From Okamejei kenojei (lineage: Eukaryota), in the NCBI GenBank assembly GCA_035221665.1, contig CM069142.1, positions 43,276,001 through 43,340,000 on the forward strand: DNA of 64,000 nucleotides, given 5' to 3'. The notes under the pieces were generated by a model that did not search any database, was not told where the DNA came from, and saw nothing but the letters and a program-made list of their open reading frames with translations. Below, piece after piece: positions 12,400-24,975 of this stretch. A program made the translations under genes and the position numbers. Within the stretch, counting starts at the first letter, position 1; the number at the start of each line of letters is the position of its first letter.

Positions 12400-13360
12400 T
12401 TTTAGTGTTTTTAGTTTAATTTAAAGATACAGCGTGGAAACAGGCCCTTCAGCCCACCGAGTCCACGCCGACCAACGATCACCCGTACACTAGTTCTATC
12501 CCACACATTAGCGACGTAAGTCAAGAGTCAAGAGTGTTTTATTCTCTCACGTCCCAGTTAGACCAATGAAATCCTTACTTGCTGCAGCACAACAGAATAT
12601 GTCAACATAGTACTCTGTAAACAATGTTATACACGAGAAAACAAAACGGTGTATATTTATATATGAATATATAACTATGTGCGTGTGTGTGTGTGTGTAT
12701 AATATATATACACACACACACAATTTCCCTCCCGGGATTAATAAAGTTCTAACGTATAGTATTGTGTGTGTAGGAAGGAACTGCAGATGCTGGTTTAAAC
12801 TGAAGATAGACACAAAAAGCTGGAGTAACTCAACAGGTCAGACAGAATCTCTGGACAAAAGGAAAATATTATGTTTTGGGTTGGGTCTGAAATAGGTTCC
12901 TGCACACCTTTGGAATGTGGAAGGAAACAAGAGCACCCGGAGAAAACCCATGCGATCAAAGGGGAAAGGTGCAAACTCCATACAGACAGCACCCATATTC
13001 AGGATCAATTCCAGGTCTCTGGCACTTTTAGGCAGCAACCTTATGGCCAATGTACTGCCCCTTAGCCTTGAACTTAATCAACACATACAGTAGCTGTAAA
13101 GAGGGACATAGTGTCACTTGGAGATTTAAAACTGAAAATGGATATTTTCATTTTTTTAGTAATCAAAGTTATCAACGTATAATTTTTTGTATGTTGGAAA
13201 ACAAAATATAGTGGCACAGCTGGTAAACTTGCTGCCTCACACGCCAGAGATCTGTGTTCGATCCTGTCCTCGGGCACTGTCTGTGTTGAATTTGCACATT
13301 CTCCCTGCAAGCGTGTGGGTTTCCTCCCACATCCCAAAGACACATTGGCTTTGTAGGTTA
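12400..13360. mobile_element. Cluster of SINE, Rex-tail and Penelope-terminal fragments
   Basis: HE1 3' part 12400-12515 (-), Rex-type tail 12518-12610 (-), (GT)n/(CA)n, Penelope-type terminus 12770-12860, HE1 5' parts 12897-13062 (-) and 13208-13360 (+). Confidence 0.65.
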
Positions 13361-13860
13361 AGCGACAAGTGTAGCATTTCCTGTGGTTGCAAGGGAAAAT
13401 GCCAGCAGAGGGGGTGATTTGGGTGGGAAGGGACAAATTGACCAGGGAGTTACAGAGGGAGCGGTCTCTGCGGAAAGCCAACAGGGGAGGAGATGGGAAG
13501 ATGTGGCCAGTGGTGGGATCCCATTGGTAGACAAAAAAGCTGGAGAAAATCAGCGAGTAAGGCAGCATCTATGGAACGAAGGAATAGACGATGTTTCGGA
13601 TCGAGACCCTTGTTCAGATTGATGTCGGGGGGGGGGGAAAGAAACTACCTAAGCAATATGAGGTGCTGCTCCTCCAATATGCGGTGGGCCTCACTCTGGC
13701 CATGGAGGAGGCCCAGCACAGAAAGGTCGGATTCGGAATGGGAAGGGGAGTTGAAGTGTTGAGCCACCGGGAGATCAGGTTGGTTATTGCGAACTGAGTG
13801 GAGGTGTTGTGCGAAGCGATCGCCAAGCCTGCGCTTGGTCTCACCGAGGTTGATCATACG
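13360..13860 (-). mobile_element. Penelope-like element fragment (GIY-YIG C-terminus, terminal repeat, Zn-linker)
   Basis: GETKRRLGDRFAQHL..PVAQHFNSPSH..EEQHLI (13645-13860), AFRRDRSL...FPCNHRKCYTC (13360-13525), and a hammerhead-like terminus at 13530-13625. Confidence 0.85.
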
Positions 13861-13869
13861 CTGAATAAT

Positions 13870-14210
13870 CCAACCACGTTTTTGTTTGGAAGTGGGAAGT
13901 AATAATAGAAATTGCATTCATTGCAACGTGTAAAAATAGTTGAGATACTGTATTATAATTTTGCTGCATGTCATTGTGGTATATATCATGTCTTGATTGG
14001 TGAATATGTTTAGTTTGTGACTTTATTTGAAGCAGAAATAATATGTGAATGCTTCGTTTGAGCATAATTCCAACTGGTAACTACGCACTTCGTCCGAGCA
14101 CCTTATCGCAAGCCGTCTTAAATGACCACCTAAACTGTCATTTGGCAACCTAAAAAGCTGCCACGGTTGCCCGGCTGACAACAGGGACAAAAAATTAAGT
14201 GAGAGCCCTG
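13870..14210 (-). mobile_element. Probable hAT-like DNA transposon end
   Basis: Minus strand begins CAGGGCTCTCACTTAA, with repeated GGCAAC/GTTGCC subterminal motifs. The second TIR was not found. Confidence 0.4.
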
Positions 14211-14362
14211 CAAGGTGTATAATTTTTTTGACACTGTCATAGGCCTTTCTTACATATGCTGTCACAACGCACTGCAGTCTCTAAACAACCTTCAGTAATT
14301 TTCCTTGCCCTCCATTTCAGAATAATAATGTTTTAAGCCAATAACTCGACACTAGCACTGGC

Positions 14363-14394
14363 AATAAATAAATAAATAAATAAATAAATAAATA
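14363..14394. repeat. (AAAT)n microsatellite
   Basis: About 8 units. Confidence 0.95.
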
Positions 14395-14438
14395 GGCACA
14401 GCTTTCCAGCCCCTTATCTCATTGGCCATGCTCGGCTG

Positions 14439-14808
14439 CAAATTGGTGTCAGACCCCGTTTGCGTGGATTTGTTAGGTGAGTCACAGCCTCCGGTTGCAT
14501 CCAACTTCTCTCCCTACAGAACTAGCTTTAGTCGTAGTCACACGCATTATGCATTACTTGGTGTCAATCTGGTGGACCATCTTCCTCTAGTCGTGGGGGT
14601 GGGGGTGGGGGAGTGGGAGGGGCCTCACAAGTGGAGCAGCTTAGGGCCTCTCTTCATCTAAATCCGGTCCTGCTGCCCACAGTGGTTCCAAATTGAATTC
14701 AGACCACGTTTGCGTGGATTTGTTAGGTGAGTCACAGCCGCCGGTTGCATCCAACTTCTCTCCATACAGAACTAGCTTTAGTCGCAGCCACATGCATTAT
14801 GCATTACT
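14439..14808. repeat. Pair of ~120-bp direct repeats, period 250 bp
   Basis: 14439-14558 and 14689-14808 align with few substitutions (tttgcgtggatttgttaggtgagtcacagcc...gcattatgcattact). Confidence 0.9.
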
Positions 14809-15789
14809 GCTCTGTATTTGCTTCACATGAATGTATTATGTATATCTGATGCTGATCTCTGTACATGTGACCAGTCTTAACAGTGCAAGAAAACTCAATA
14901 GCACATATCAGTATGCATTATGTATTTGCTGTAAATCATTATTAATGCATCCATCCCAGTTGGGTGTATTTCCTGGTCTTGAAGCAACACATGACATCCA
15001 ACTGATTAAGATAAACCACACACTTAATAGATTATAACAGTTACACTGTGTTACCTCAAAGCATCTGTGTTAAATAACCCAGTTCATAAAAGAGTAAAAT
15101 ATTACTGTATGCTTTCAATATCTATCCAAAATCATTTTAAGAATACATCTTCTTAACTTTAATTGTCTTTATTGAAAAATGGGAAGTAAAATAATACAAT
15201 TATGATTGCTGGTGTACCTAGTGGGATTCTTTTGAAATGCTTTCAAACAAAATTGAAGACAGATTTTGGAATGTACAAGGCAAGTATTAAAGGAACACTG
15301 GGTCCGGTTTGTGTCTGACATCATTGCACATTACTGGAATAGATATGGTTTTATGGAATTCCTATTTCTATTGACTTCAAAAGGGTAAGATATAAAATGG
15401 GCTGCCATGATCTGTTTTACTCTCTCATGTGAAGTCAATGTTCCCCTTTCTATATCACAGCTGGCAGTGTGGTTACGCTTTCTGTCTTGGACTTACAATT
15501 GCTCAACAGGCTTTTACTGGAGGACAATGTTTTGAATTGATCCTTGCTTATTTGAAAGTAAGGAGAAAGAGTAAATTAAGTGAGTGGGAGCTCTGCTTCA
15601 GTCTCTGTGCTCGTGAAAATAACTTGCCGTCTACAGGGAGCAGTTTCATACTTGGCCTGAGGTAATTATCGTGACCTGCACATATTATCAGTGAGACTGT
15701 GACGGTTACCCACCTCTTCACAGAGTGTGGTTTTGTGAAGAGGATCTGAACAATGATGCAACATTCTACAGTTTTCCACAGTTGAGACT

Positions 15790-16089
15790 TTTTACTTTAC
15801 TTTAGACTTCAGAGATACAGCGTGGAAACAGGCCCTTCGACCCACCGAGTCTGTGCTGACTAGCAATCACTATCCTACACACCAGGGACGATTTACAATT
15901 TACAGAAGCCATTTAACCTACAGACCTGTGCATCTTTGTAGTGTGGGAGGAAACCAAAGCATCTGGAGAAATCCCACATGGTCACAGGGAGAATGTACAA
16001 ACTACGAACATACAGCACCCATAGTCAGGATCAAACCCAGGTTTCTGGCGCTGTAAGGCAGCAACCCTACCGCTGCGCCACTGTGTCGC
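15790..16089 (-). mobile_element. HE1-type tRNA-derived V-SINE
   Basis: Minus strand has A-box TGGCGCAGCGG, B-box GGTTTGATCC, V-domain-like GGTTTCCTCCCACA, and a CR1-like 3' tail. Confidence 0.85.
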
Positions 16090-16094
16090 TTTAA

Positions 16095-16580
16095 CAGGCG
16101 AATAGCCTGTTCATCCTGACCAGCTCAGTAACAGAGGACTGATTCACTGCCTGTTCCCAGGTACACATTCGGAGACAGGCATCAAGTGCTGCTAGATGAT
16201 CATCAGCTCGGTGAAGATGCTCGTTGGTCTCCCAGCACAGCGAGATGAGTGTCTGGGAAAGTTGCCAACTGGCTCATTCCAGACCGAAGTGTATGTGATG
16301 AGGGACTCACTGAAGCTTGGTGCAACAAAGGAAAGGCTCGGTTGGGAAGGATCACGGTCTATGCTCCTTCCGCTGCTGGACATTGAGGATTCGAGTACAG
16401 TGGGTCACCCCTCAAACCAAGGAAAGGCATATTAAGTCAAGGGGGTTTGTTTAAAGATAGGTGCGAACACTAATGAGTGTGACACGATTAAATGTATAGA
16501 CACTGAGATTTTGATCAAGTTTTATTTTTGCATATATTTTTTCTTCTGAATAAGTTTATTTTTGGAAATTAAAAAAAAAA
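16095..16580 (+). mobile_element. L1/Tx1-clade LINE 3' fragment with poly(A)
   Basis: Degenerate LFPGTHSE..IISSVK...YVMRDSLKLGA..W C-terminal coding, a T-rich 3' UTR and an A10 tail at 16571-16580. Confidence 0.6.
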
Positions 16581-16929
16581 TAACAAATGAGACTGTGGCA
16601 GCTACAATAAAAACACTTTCTCCCGAAATTTGAACTGACATACAGGCTGATGGTAAATCATTAAAGAAGAATATATGCAGTAACACCCACTGCTACAGTC
16701 TGGTCTCTGTTGTAACATCAGTAATTAACAGATTGATAATTTACAATTGATAAATGAGTATGATGTGAGAAAATGTGTTGATGTTAGGAAGTATCGTGAA
16801 TAGGTTATTACTTGAATGGAAACAGACTGCAGAAACCTGGATTTTGATTCTTAATAAATCGAACAATCACCTACAGATGTAGCAGGTAATCAGTAGACTA
16901 ATGGAATACTGTTTTTTGCTTCAAGGAGG

Positions 16930-18435
16930 TGGAGTATAAAAGTAGGGGGACCTGGTGGACCCATAGCTAGTAGAACTGTGCACAGTTTTGATCCTTTTAT
17001 TTAAGGAAGGATGTATCCTCATTGGAGGCAGTTCAGAGAAGATACTCAAGGATAATCCCAGGTATTGAGGGATGTCTTTGAGGAAAGATCTATTAGGTTG
17101 GGTCAGTATTTGAAGAGTATAGAAGAGAGACTGAAGATCTAAATGGGACAAATAGGATTATCAGGGGAATTGACAGAGTACATCCTGGGACATAAGTCTC
17201 CATTTGCAAGGGTCCAGGAATGAAGAATGTAGTTTCAGAATAAGGTGGTACTCATTTAGAACTGACCTGAGCAACCGTTTCTTCTCTCAAAGGATTATAG
17301 GTCTTGGTCATTCTGGAATTTTCTGAGGCAAGGAATTCCAAAGACCAGTAATCCTTTGAGAGAAGAAATTGTTCCACAGTTCAGTTTTATATGAGCACCA
17401 CATAATTCTTGGACTGTTCTCTCACCCTAGAAGATGTTCAAAGCCAAGGTAAGTAGGTCTGTAATCAATTAGATTTAGGTTTATTATTGTCATAGGTGCG
17501 TGAAAAACTTTGCTTTGCATATTATCCAAACAGATCATATATACCATGCATTGATACAATCAGTTTAAACTCAAGTGCAATAGATAGAACAAAATGGAAA
17601 TACAGAGTGCAGAATATAGTTCTCAGCATAGTAGCATGTCAGTTCTACAGACAAAGTCCAATGCCCTTAATAGGGTAGAGATGAATTGGACAGTACCCTA
17701 GCTTATGAAACAACCATTCAGATGCCTGATAACAGAGGAGAGAAGCTGATCCGAAGGCTGGTATTGCGTGCTTTCAAGCTTCTGTACTTTCTGCCAGATG
17801 GGAGCAGGCAGAAAAAGGAATGACAAGGGTGGGACAATTCTTTGATTATGTTGGCTGCTTTTCTGTTGCAGCGTGAAGTGCAGGGATATATACGCTTTCC
17901 ACATGAGCGATTAGTGTGCAAAATTAAAGCATATTGGATTGGGAATAATGTACTGGCATGTGTAGAGAACTGGTTGCCAGACTGGAAATATAACGGGAAT
18001 AAAGGGGTCTTTTTCCAAGTGAGGAACTACAGGGTTCATTTCTCGATCTCCTACTGTTCATAATATAAATAACCTCCATAAGGTCATAAGGTCATAAGTG
18101 ATAGGAGTAGAAATAGGCCATTCGGCCCACCAAGTCTACTCCATCGTTCAATCATGGCTGATCTATCTCTCCCTCCTAACCCCATTCTCCTGCCTGCTCC
18201 CCAGGGATGAAGATAAGCAAGCAGGAGCAGCAGATGGTTAAGGAGGAAAATGGCACATTGGCCTCTCACATTGTGAGAGGAACTGAGTACAGGAGCAGGG
18301 AAGTATCACTGCATTGTACAGATCCTTGGTGAGAACACACCTTGAATACTGGAGTTTTGGTCTCCATTTCTGAAGAAGGATGTTCTTGCTGTGGAGGGAT
18401 TGCTGTGAGGGTCTGCCAGGCTAGTTACTGGATGA
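16930..18435. mobile_element. Old CR1 fragments (+) interrupted by a Rex-like 3' fragment (17475-17890, -) and a CR1 tail (18080-18205, -)
   Basis: Degenerate LEAVQRR/HERLVCKIKAYWIG motifs; ORF 17718-17921 NIIKELSHPCHSFF.LLPSGRKYRS. Confidence 0.65.
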
Positions 18436-18746
18436 TTTTAGTTTAGTGTTGAGATATAGTGTGGATACAGGCCCATCTGCCCACTGAGTCCACACTGACC
18501 AGCAATCCCCATATATTAACACCATCCTACACATACTCGGGACAATTTACACTTGTACCAAGTCAATTAACCTACAAACCTGTATGTCTTTGGAATCTGG
18601 GCGGAAACCGAAGATCTCAGAGAAAACCCACTTGGTCACGGGGAGAACGTACAAACTCTGTACAGACAACACCCGTAGTCAGGATCGAACCTGGGTCTAC
18701 TGGCGCTGTAGGCAGCAACTCTCCCGCTGTGCCACTGTGCCGCCCT
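18435..18746 (-). mobile_element. HE1-type V-SINE
   Basis: Minus strand GGGCGGCACAGTGGCACAGCGG...GGTTCGATCCTGACTACGGG; same body as the 24284 copy. Confidence 0.85.
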
Positions 18747-19482
18747 GGTAACCTGGCACAAGAAGACACATTGGGATGATTGAGGTTATATTCACTGGAA
18801 GTTAAAAGGATAAGTATGAATTAAATTTATAAAATCCTGACTGGCCTTCAATTTGAAGCCAATTGCCAAAGCAATTGTGTATTTTCCATATTTACTCCCT
18901 GGACCTGTGATCTGCTTTTTAGTGACCATTTTTAATGAGCTGTGGAATTTGCAACAAAACCAGTAACAGATAGAGGGCACTGAATTACGCTGAAGGAGTT
19001 ATTGCAAAGATGGGCTTAGACTGGAGGTGACGTCGTTGTCATCTGGGATTGCACGGATCAAACAGTGACACAAACGCCGGGCAGTATCCCTTTTCCGAGG
19101 ATCTGTTTTGTATTTCTGCTCAATTTCAACCGGATTTAGTGGGGAACATCTGTTGGATCTGGGCCGCAGGCATTCCTGAACAAAGCCATATTTGAAAATG
19201 AGTGTTGTCAGCTAATTTTGGAGGCGATTAACATAGTATGTTTGCATTTTGTGTAATAAGAAGGATATGAAGCGATGATGGACGACAGTTAGGGGTCCTG
19301 GCTGCACTGAAAGCCTAGTGTAGAGTTCGAGAGCTCACGTGTCGAGGTTGTTTTGTGCGACACATGTCTGTAGTGGAGCAGAATCAGTTCATTCGACCGG
19401 CCTCAATGAGCAAATTTGCATTCTGGTCCAGACCCTGCATCCAACCTAAACCCAGCAGGAATCTATTGTACTCGGAGGTGGT

Positions 19483-19720
19483 CATAAGTTCATACGTTAT
19501 AGGAGTAGAATGAAGCCATTCAGCCCATCAAGTCTACTTTGCCATTCAATCATGGCTGATCTATCTTTCCCTCTCAACCCCATTCTCCTGCATTCTCCCC
19601 ATAACCCCTGACACCCATACTAATCAAGAATCTGTCAATCTCCGCCTTGCAACTATGCATTGACTTGGCCTCCACATACTTCTGTGGCCAAGAATTCCGC
19701 AGATTCACCATCCTCGGGAC
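19483..19720 (-). mobile_element. CR1 3' tail fragment
   Basis: Antisense of gatcagccatgattgaatggc...gggctgaatggc with a short tandem tail. Confidence 0.7.
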
Positions 19721-21016
19721 TATCTGGCATAGGCTTGATTGCAGGACTTAGTGCTGCTGGATGCCATCATGGGAGTGCTGGGGAGAGGTGGTTGGTGTTT
19801 GTAGTCCAACATGATGAGGTGTGTGAAGCATAAGGGAAGGGAATTCCATTTCCTTGGAAAGAGAAAGAGTTAACTTCTCGGGTTGATGATCAGAACGGTA
19901 AAAATATAGAAATAAAACCTATTTTATGTTGCAGAGAAATGATAGCAGAGAGAATGCCTGGGACAGGGTGACATGCAGAGTAATTCCAGCGTTGTTTTTA
20001 TTTCAGGTTTCCAGCAACTGTGTGTTTTGGCTTTTCCATCTTGAGGAGATTTTGCCCTGTTCTCCAGCTGAGATGGGATGCGTTGATTATAACATTTGGT
20101 TTGTTCTTCCTTCCAGACTTCTCTTGAGTTTAACCAGACTTACCTCCAGCATGTAGGAGTCATTAAGTCAGAGTGAGGTACAGCACATAAACTGGCCTTC
20201 GCACCCTCTAGGTGTCAAGGATCAAACACGTTATTTTTCCACTAATGCTTCACTAACTCATTTCGCTATCCCCCACATTTTCATCAACTATCCCCTCAAT
20301 TCTACAATTCATCTACGCAATACCCACTTAGCCTGCCAACCTGCACGTCTATTGGGATGTGGGAGCACACTGGAGCACACGGAGGAAACTCACAAGGCTA
20401 TAGGAAAAATGTACAAATGTAAATGCAGACAGCTCCTGAGGGAACTGGAGCCGTGAGATAACAGCCATAATAATAATAGAACTATTATTGTGATAAGTTG
20501 TGATTGGTTTCCCTCTTTCCGAGACATCTACCAGTTTCCTTGTCTGCTAATGTGTGCATGAACTCACATGTCATGTGGATGATCTGACCAACCATCACCT
20601 CCTGGTGATTGACTGCTATATTTCAACAATGACTGTCCTCCAGGATTGACTTAATTGAATGTTACTCTAATAGATCCACGAGTGATGAAAGGAGCTGTAA
20701 AAATGGCGACTTTGTCAGAGAATGGAGCCAACTGAAAGAAGGTTTCTTCAAAGTTCCCTATGTTAATGAGAGCCTGGTGTAGTGCTTCGATGCTCTAAGC
20801 ACGTTATGGCAAGTGCCCCTAATTGGGCTTAAGTTTATAGAGCTGTGGATACAGTTTGTGCACTGATTTGGTGCCCATTATTGGGTAGAATTGTGGTGTT
20901 TACTGTGCCACAGAAGTCTAAAGGCTTTGCACACCATAGTACAGCGATATTGTGAACATCAAGGCTCAGCGTTAATTGGTTCTGTGAGTGTACACTTTTA
21001 GGATCACCATTGTCCT

Positions 21017-21070
21017 GGGGTGGGAGATTGCAACCTTCACGTGGTCCGCCCTATTTCGATGAATGCAATC
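21017..21070 (+). ncRNA. Minimal HDV-like ribozyme fold (probably inactive copy)
   Basis: P1 GGGGTGG/CCGCCCT, P2 GATTGCA/TGCAATC, P3 ACC/GGT, L3 TTCACGT. The catalytic-C position reads T (21060) and the P1.1 G reads A (21053). Confidence 0.7.
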
Positions 21071-21158
21071 AACCTGGTGAGCACAATCAAATAAAATCAA
21101 ATAGAACAAGTTGTCGTACAACTTTAGGCTGTGCAAGCCATACGCAAGAAGAAGAAGG
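21017..21158 (+). mobile_element. Short ribozyme-headed SINE-like retroelement, copy 1
   Basis: 10-bp TSD CCATTGTCCT (21007-21016 and 21159-21168), (GAA)n tail, and a paralog at 57457 with the identical 5' start. Confidence 0.85.
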
Positions 21159-23429
21159 CCATTGTCCTTATCAATAACCCAAGAACCACGTTTCTAACCA
21201 ATAGTTTAGACTCTTAACCATTGCAAACCATATTCTGTTTATTTTTTTTAATGTTTGGAATCTCTTCCTGCTTTAAGCTGAGTAGGTGAAACTGGAGAAA
21301 TGCAGAGTTGTTGGCTGAGCGGCAGCATATGGTGGAGATGTGCGGAAGACCAGATGGAAGCAGGACGAGTAGAAGCCACACTGCTTCAGTGCAGTAAATC
21401 ATCATGTTTGCCTCTGATGTGTGTTGGGTGGAGGCAGATTTGGATGGCAGGGAAAACTTGAAGCTGGAACTCTCTTGTTCATGTTAGTTTTACTGTGCTA
21501 AGTGCTACACCATAATATGTTCCAGAAATGTAACTCTATGAAGCTACTTATTCCCTTGAAAGTTTAGGAGCGTATTTTTCTTATTTTTCTCATTGCAAGT
21601 GTTGTCCAAAAACACTGCTCTTTAATGGACAATGATATGATGATGAAGATGTCTCATCCTCATTTGATCTCCTCCTTGCTGGAGATTCTAGAGAGACAGA
21701 GAATTTGGATCAGCACCATTTCTATCAATAACTGTACCTACATTTTCACAAGGAAAGCAAAACTTACATTTATGGTAGGCATTTCACAACTTCAGGATGC
21801 TTCACACGCATGACCTCCAGTGCAGGCACAGTAGTAGTGAAGGAACAGTCTAGCCAACTTGTATTCAGAATGACCCACAAACTGCATTTGATGCTTCAAG
21901 CTGATGTAATTCATAAAAGTGAAGGTTAAAGTGACGGTGGGTTAACTATGAGCCAGGATATATCTTCACCTCGCTATTTGTCCTCATCCATCTGAGAGGA
22001 TGGTGGGGGCTTTTCTTCAAGGGGTTTCAAAAAATGACAATGGTGCAATAGTGCATTGAAGTGTCAGCGTAGATTTTGGCTCAGTTGCCCGGAGTAGATT
22101 TTTGAACAGATACACTTTTGACTCCACACCAATGCACCTACCACTAACTCACAGATGATGCTTAAGAAATATGATCAATAAGAGTGGAACCGGTCAGAAA
22201 GTGGGGATGGAAATTCCGTGGCAGACTAAGGCAAGTACTGAATGATGCTGTGAGCATGAACATGCCAATGCCCTGCCTACTTTGTGCATTGATTTGTGCT
22301 TTAAAGTACCAAGCTTTCCCACCCCCCTTTGCCCACAGTCATGACTAGTGAATTCAGGAGTCCTGTGCCACAGCTGAAACTGACTTGTCCATTATCTCCC
22401 AACGGATATAAGGTCAGTGATCCTGACAAATGATGCAGATCATCGTGCGATGTTGAGATAACCCTGGTGTTTGATTGCAGGCCTGATCACTCCGCTTAAG
22501 ATGCACATCCCATGCTGGTCCAAGGAACAGATGCCCAGACAGTATCTCAGGCAAGATGCCCTTGCCTCTTCTTCACCGGGCAAATGCTGCGCCTGCTTCA
22601 GGTGTACTGACTCTCACTAACGACACATGGCACGGAAGAGCCTGTGTGCATGTCCGGTTGTATATTTGAGAAGCTTAGTTTTACATTTTCTGCCTCAAAC
22701 AAATGCAGGTAGATTGGAGAAAAGGGCGAAGAAGTAGAACAATAAGGTGGGAATGTGCTACCTTTAATGAACCAGAAGTAAGAAATATCAGAAAAGCGAT
22801 GGGAGCTGAAAAACAAATACACTTGATGTACTGGGAAAGGAAAGGAAGAATCTAAAGAGCTCTCAGTCAGCAGAAATGTTTAAATCTGAAAAGTATTGTC
22901 TTTCACTGTTGGACTTTGTGGAAAGAGCACAGCAATAGAGTCCCATTACTCCTGGCCCTGACCTACTTATAATATTGGGAAGAGAAAGAATAATTAGCTT
23001 GTTACCAGTGTGGGGAGTAAATTGGCTGTTTTTATGAAACTGACCTCAACTGTGAGGTTAATCTGCCCATTTGGTGACCCCAATAAATATTTGTTTGTTC
23101 CTGATCCCCCCTAGAGCCCATGACTAATTTATGCCATGTGGCAGTTAATTGAAAGCATGTGCTTTAAGATGAATTGGGTATATTTCTTTCCACGCCCTCA
23201 GTAATCCCTCACTGGCAACAGCTTAATTCTCATGACTGTCTCTAACTTTGTAGATATGACTGTTCACATTGTCACTGTATTCACAGATATCTCCCAACTT
23301 TGCATTTTCAGCCAGAGGTCACACATCATGGACCAACGAGGTCAGCTCTCCCATTTTGCTCCTGGATGTTCAGGCACTAGAAATGAATCAGGTTATAACT
23401 GCTTTCTGGATGCAAAACCTGGCATAACA

Positions 23430-23770
23430 GAAGTTACTCTTAGATGTGAAAGAAGCCCCAGCTGAATGGTAGGTGCACGAATAATGTTTCCCCCAATGGA
23501 ATGTCCAGAACCAGGGGTCACGGTCACAATATAAGGGGTCAGCCATTCAAGGCTGAAATGAAAATAAATTTCTTCTCCTAATGAGTGGGTGATAAATTGT
23601 TGAAATTCTCATCCTAAGATTTTATAAGGAGTCAATCGTGTATATTTACAATGATTAAGAGATCAGTGCAAGAACATTGTGTGGAGGTAATAGGTCAGCC
23701 ATGACTATATTGAATGGCAAAGCAGGCATGAGGGCCCGAATGGCCTCCTCGTGTTTCTCGTGTTCTTGTG
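23430..23770 (+). mobile_element. Old CR1 3' fragment
   Basis: accaggggtcac..ataagggg...aatttcttctc and tail ggtcagccatga..gaatggc...gaatggcctcct. Confidence 0.6.
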
Positions 23771-24283
23771 ATCTGGGGTCATCTGTTTGTTGCTTTGTAT
23801 ACGTTACTACACACTAGTAGCAAAAGGAGCACTCATTCGAGCACTGCACAAAACTTGCCATGAAAGAGCTCTGCCCTATCCCATTTCGGTGACTTTACAC
23901 AAAATAACCAAAGCTTCACAAAGCATTCCTCATTTCCGATAAGGAACATTCTGAAACATTGTACACTTTCAAGGCTCGTTACTTGTGGCTTCACTTGAGC
24001 TACAATTTTTTAGTTGGAATTGCATCAAACACACGAGTAAAATAAATGACTCGGAAAGTTGCAAGTGGAGCTGCAAGCGGAGGAAATGGTTTTCTAAGTA
24101 AAGGATTAAACTAGGTTGAGTTGCATATGGTTTTAGATTTACTCTGTGCCATCTGTCTGAATATCATAATGTCATTGATGCACTCCCTTTGGTTGTCAGT
24201 AAGATGGTACCTACTGGGTGCCTACAGGTTTTGGTCATTTTACATTTGGAATCATACCATGTTCCAGGCTCACCGAGTCAAGG

Positions 24284-24609
24284 GGGGGCACGGTGGCGCA
24301 GCGGCAGAGTTGCTACTGTACAGCACCAGAGACCCTGGTTTGATCCTGACTACGGATGTTGTCTGTACAGAGTTTGTACGTTCCCTCCGTGACCGCGTGG
24401 GTTTTCTCCAGGTGCTCGGGGTTCCTCCCACACTACAAAGAAGTAAGTTAATTGGCTTTGGTAAAAATTGTAACTTGTCCCTAATGTGTTGGATAGTGTT
24501 GGTATATGGGGATCACTGGTCGGCGTAGCCTCAATGGGCCAAAGGGCCTGTATCCACGCTGTATCCACGCTGTATCCACGCTGTATCCACGCTGTATCCA
24601 CGCTGTATC
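24284..24609 (+). mobile_element. Full-length HE1-type V-SINE with expanded tail
   Basis: GGGGCACGGTGGCGCAGCGG (A box), GGTTTGATCC (B box), central domain, and CR1-like tail ending in (CTGTATCCACG)x5. Confidence 0.9.
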
Positions 24610-24699
24610 AATGAATGCAATGTGACAATGGGCCGGGTGTCCCATTTTTCATTCACACCAATAGTATGGAATGGCAGGTGACTTTGCAAAATATAAGCA

Positions 24700-24975
24700 T
24701 TCCTTTACTACTTTACACTAAAACTATACTAATTTATTTTTACTCTCCCACGTTCCTATCAACCCAAATTCTTTCATCCACATAGACAAGGGAACAATTA
24801 CATTGGCCAAATAACCTTCCAAACCACACATCTTTGGAACGTGCAAGATAACTGGAGCACCAGGAAGAAACCCACGTGATCATAGTGTGTAAACTCCACA
24901 CAGACGGCTTCCGAGGTCAGGATTGAACCTATGTTGCTAGTGCACTGAGGCAGCAGCTCTACGACCTCTACCACT
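24700..24975 (-). mobile_element. Diverged V-SINE
   Basis: Antisense of GGTAGAG..GCTGCTGCCTCA..GGTTCAATCCTGACCTCGG..TGTGTGGAGTTT. Confidence 0.65.

Noticed and set aside
24284-24360. tRNA gene
   Set aside because: A/B boxes belong to the tRNA-derived head of a SINE and continue into SINE body and tail; no full cloverleaf or terminator.
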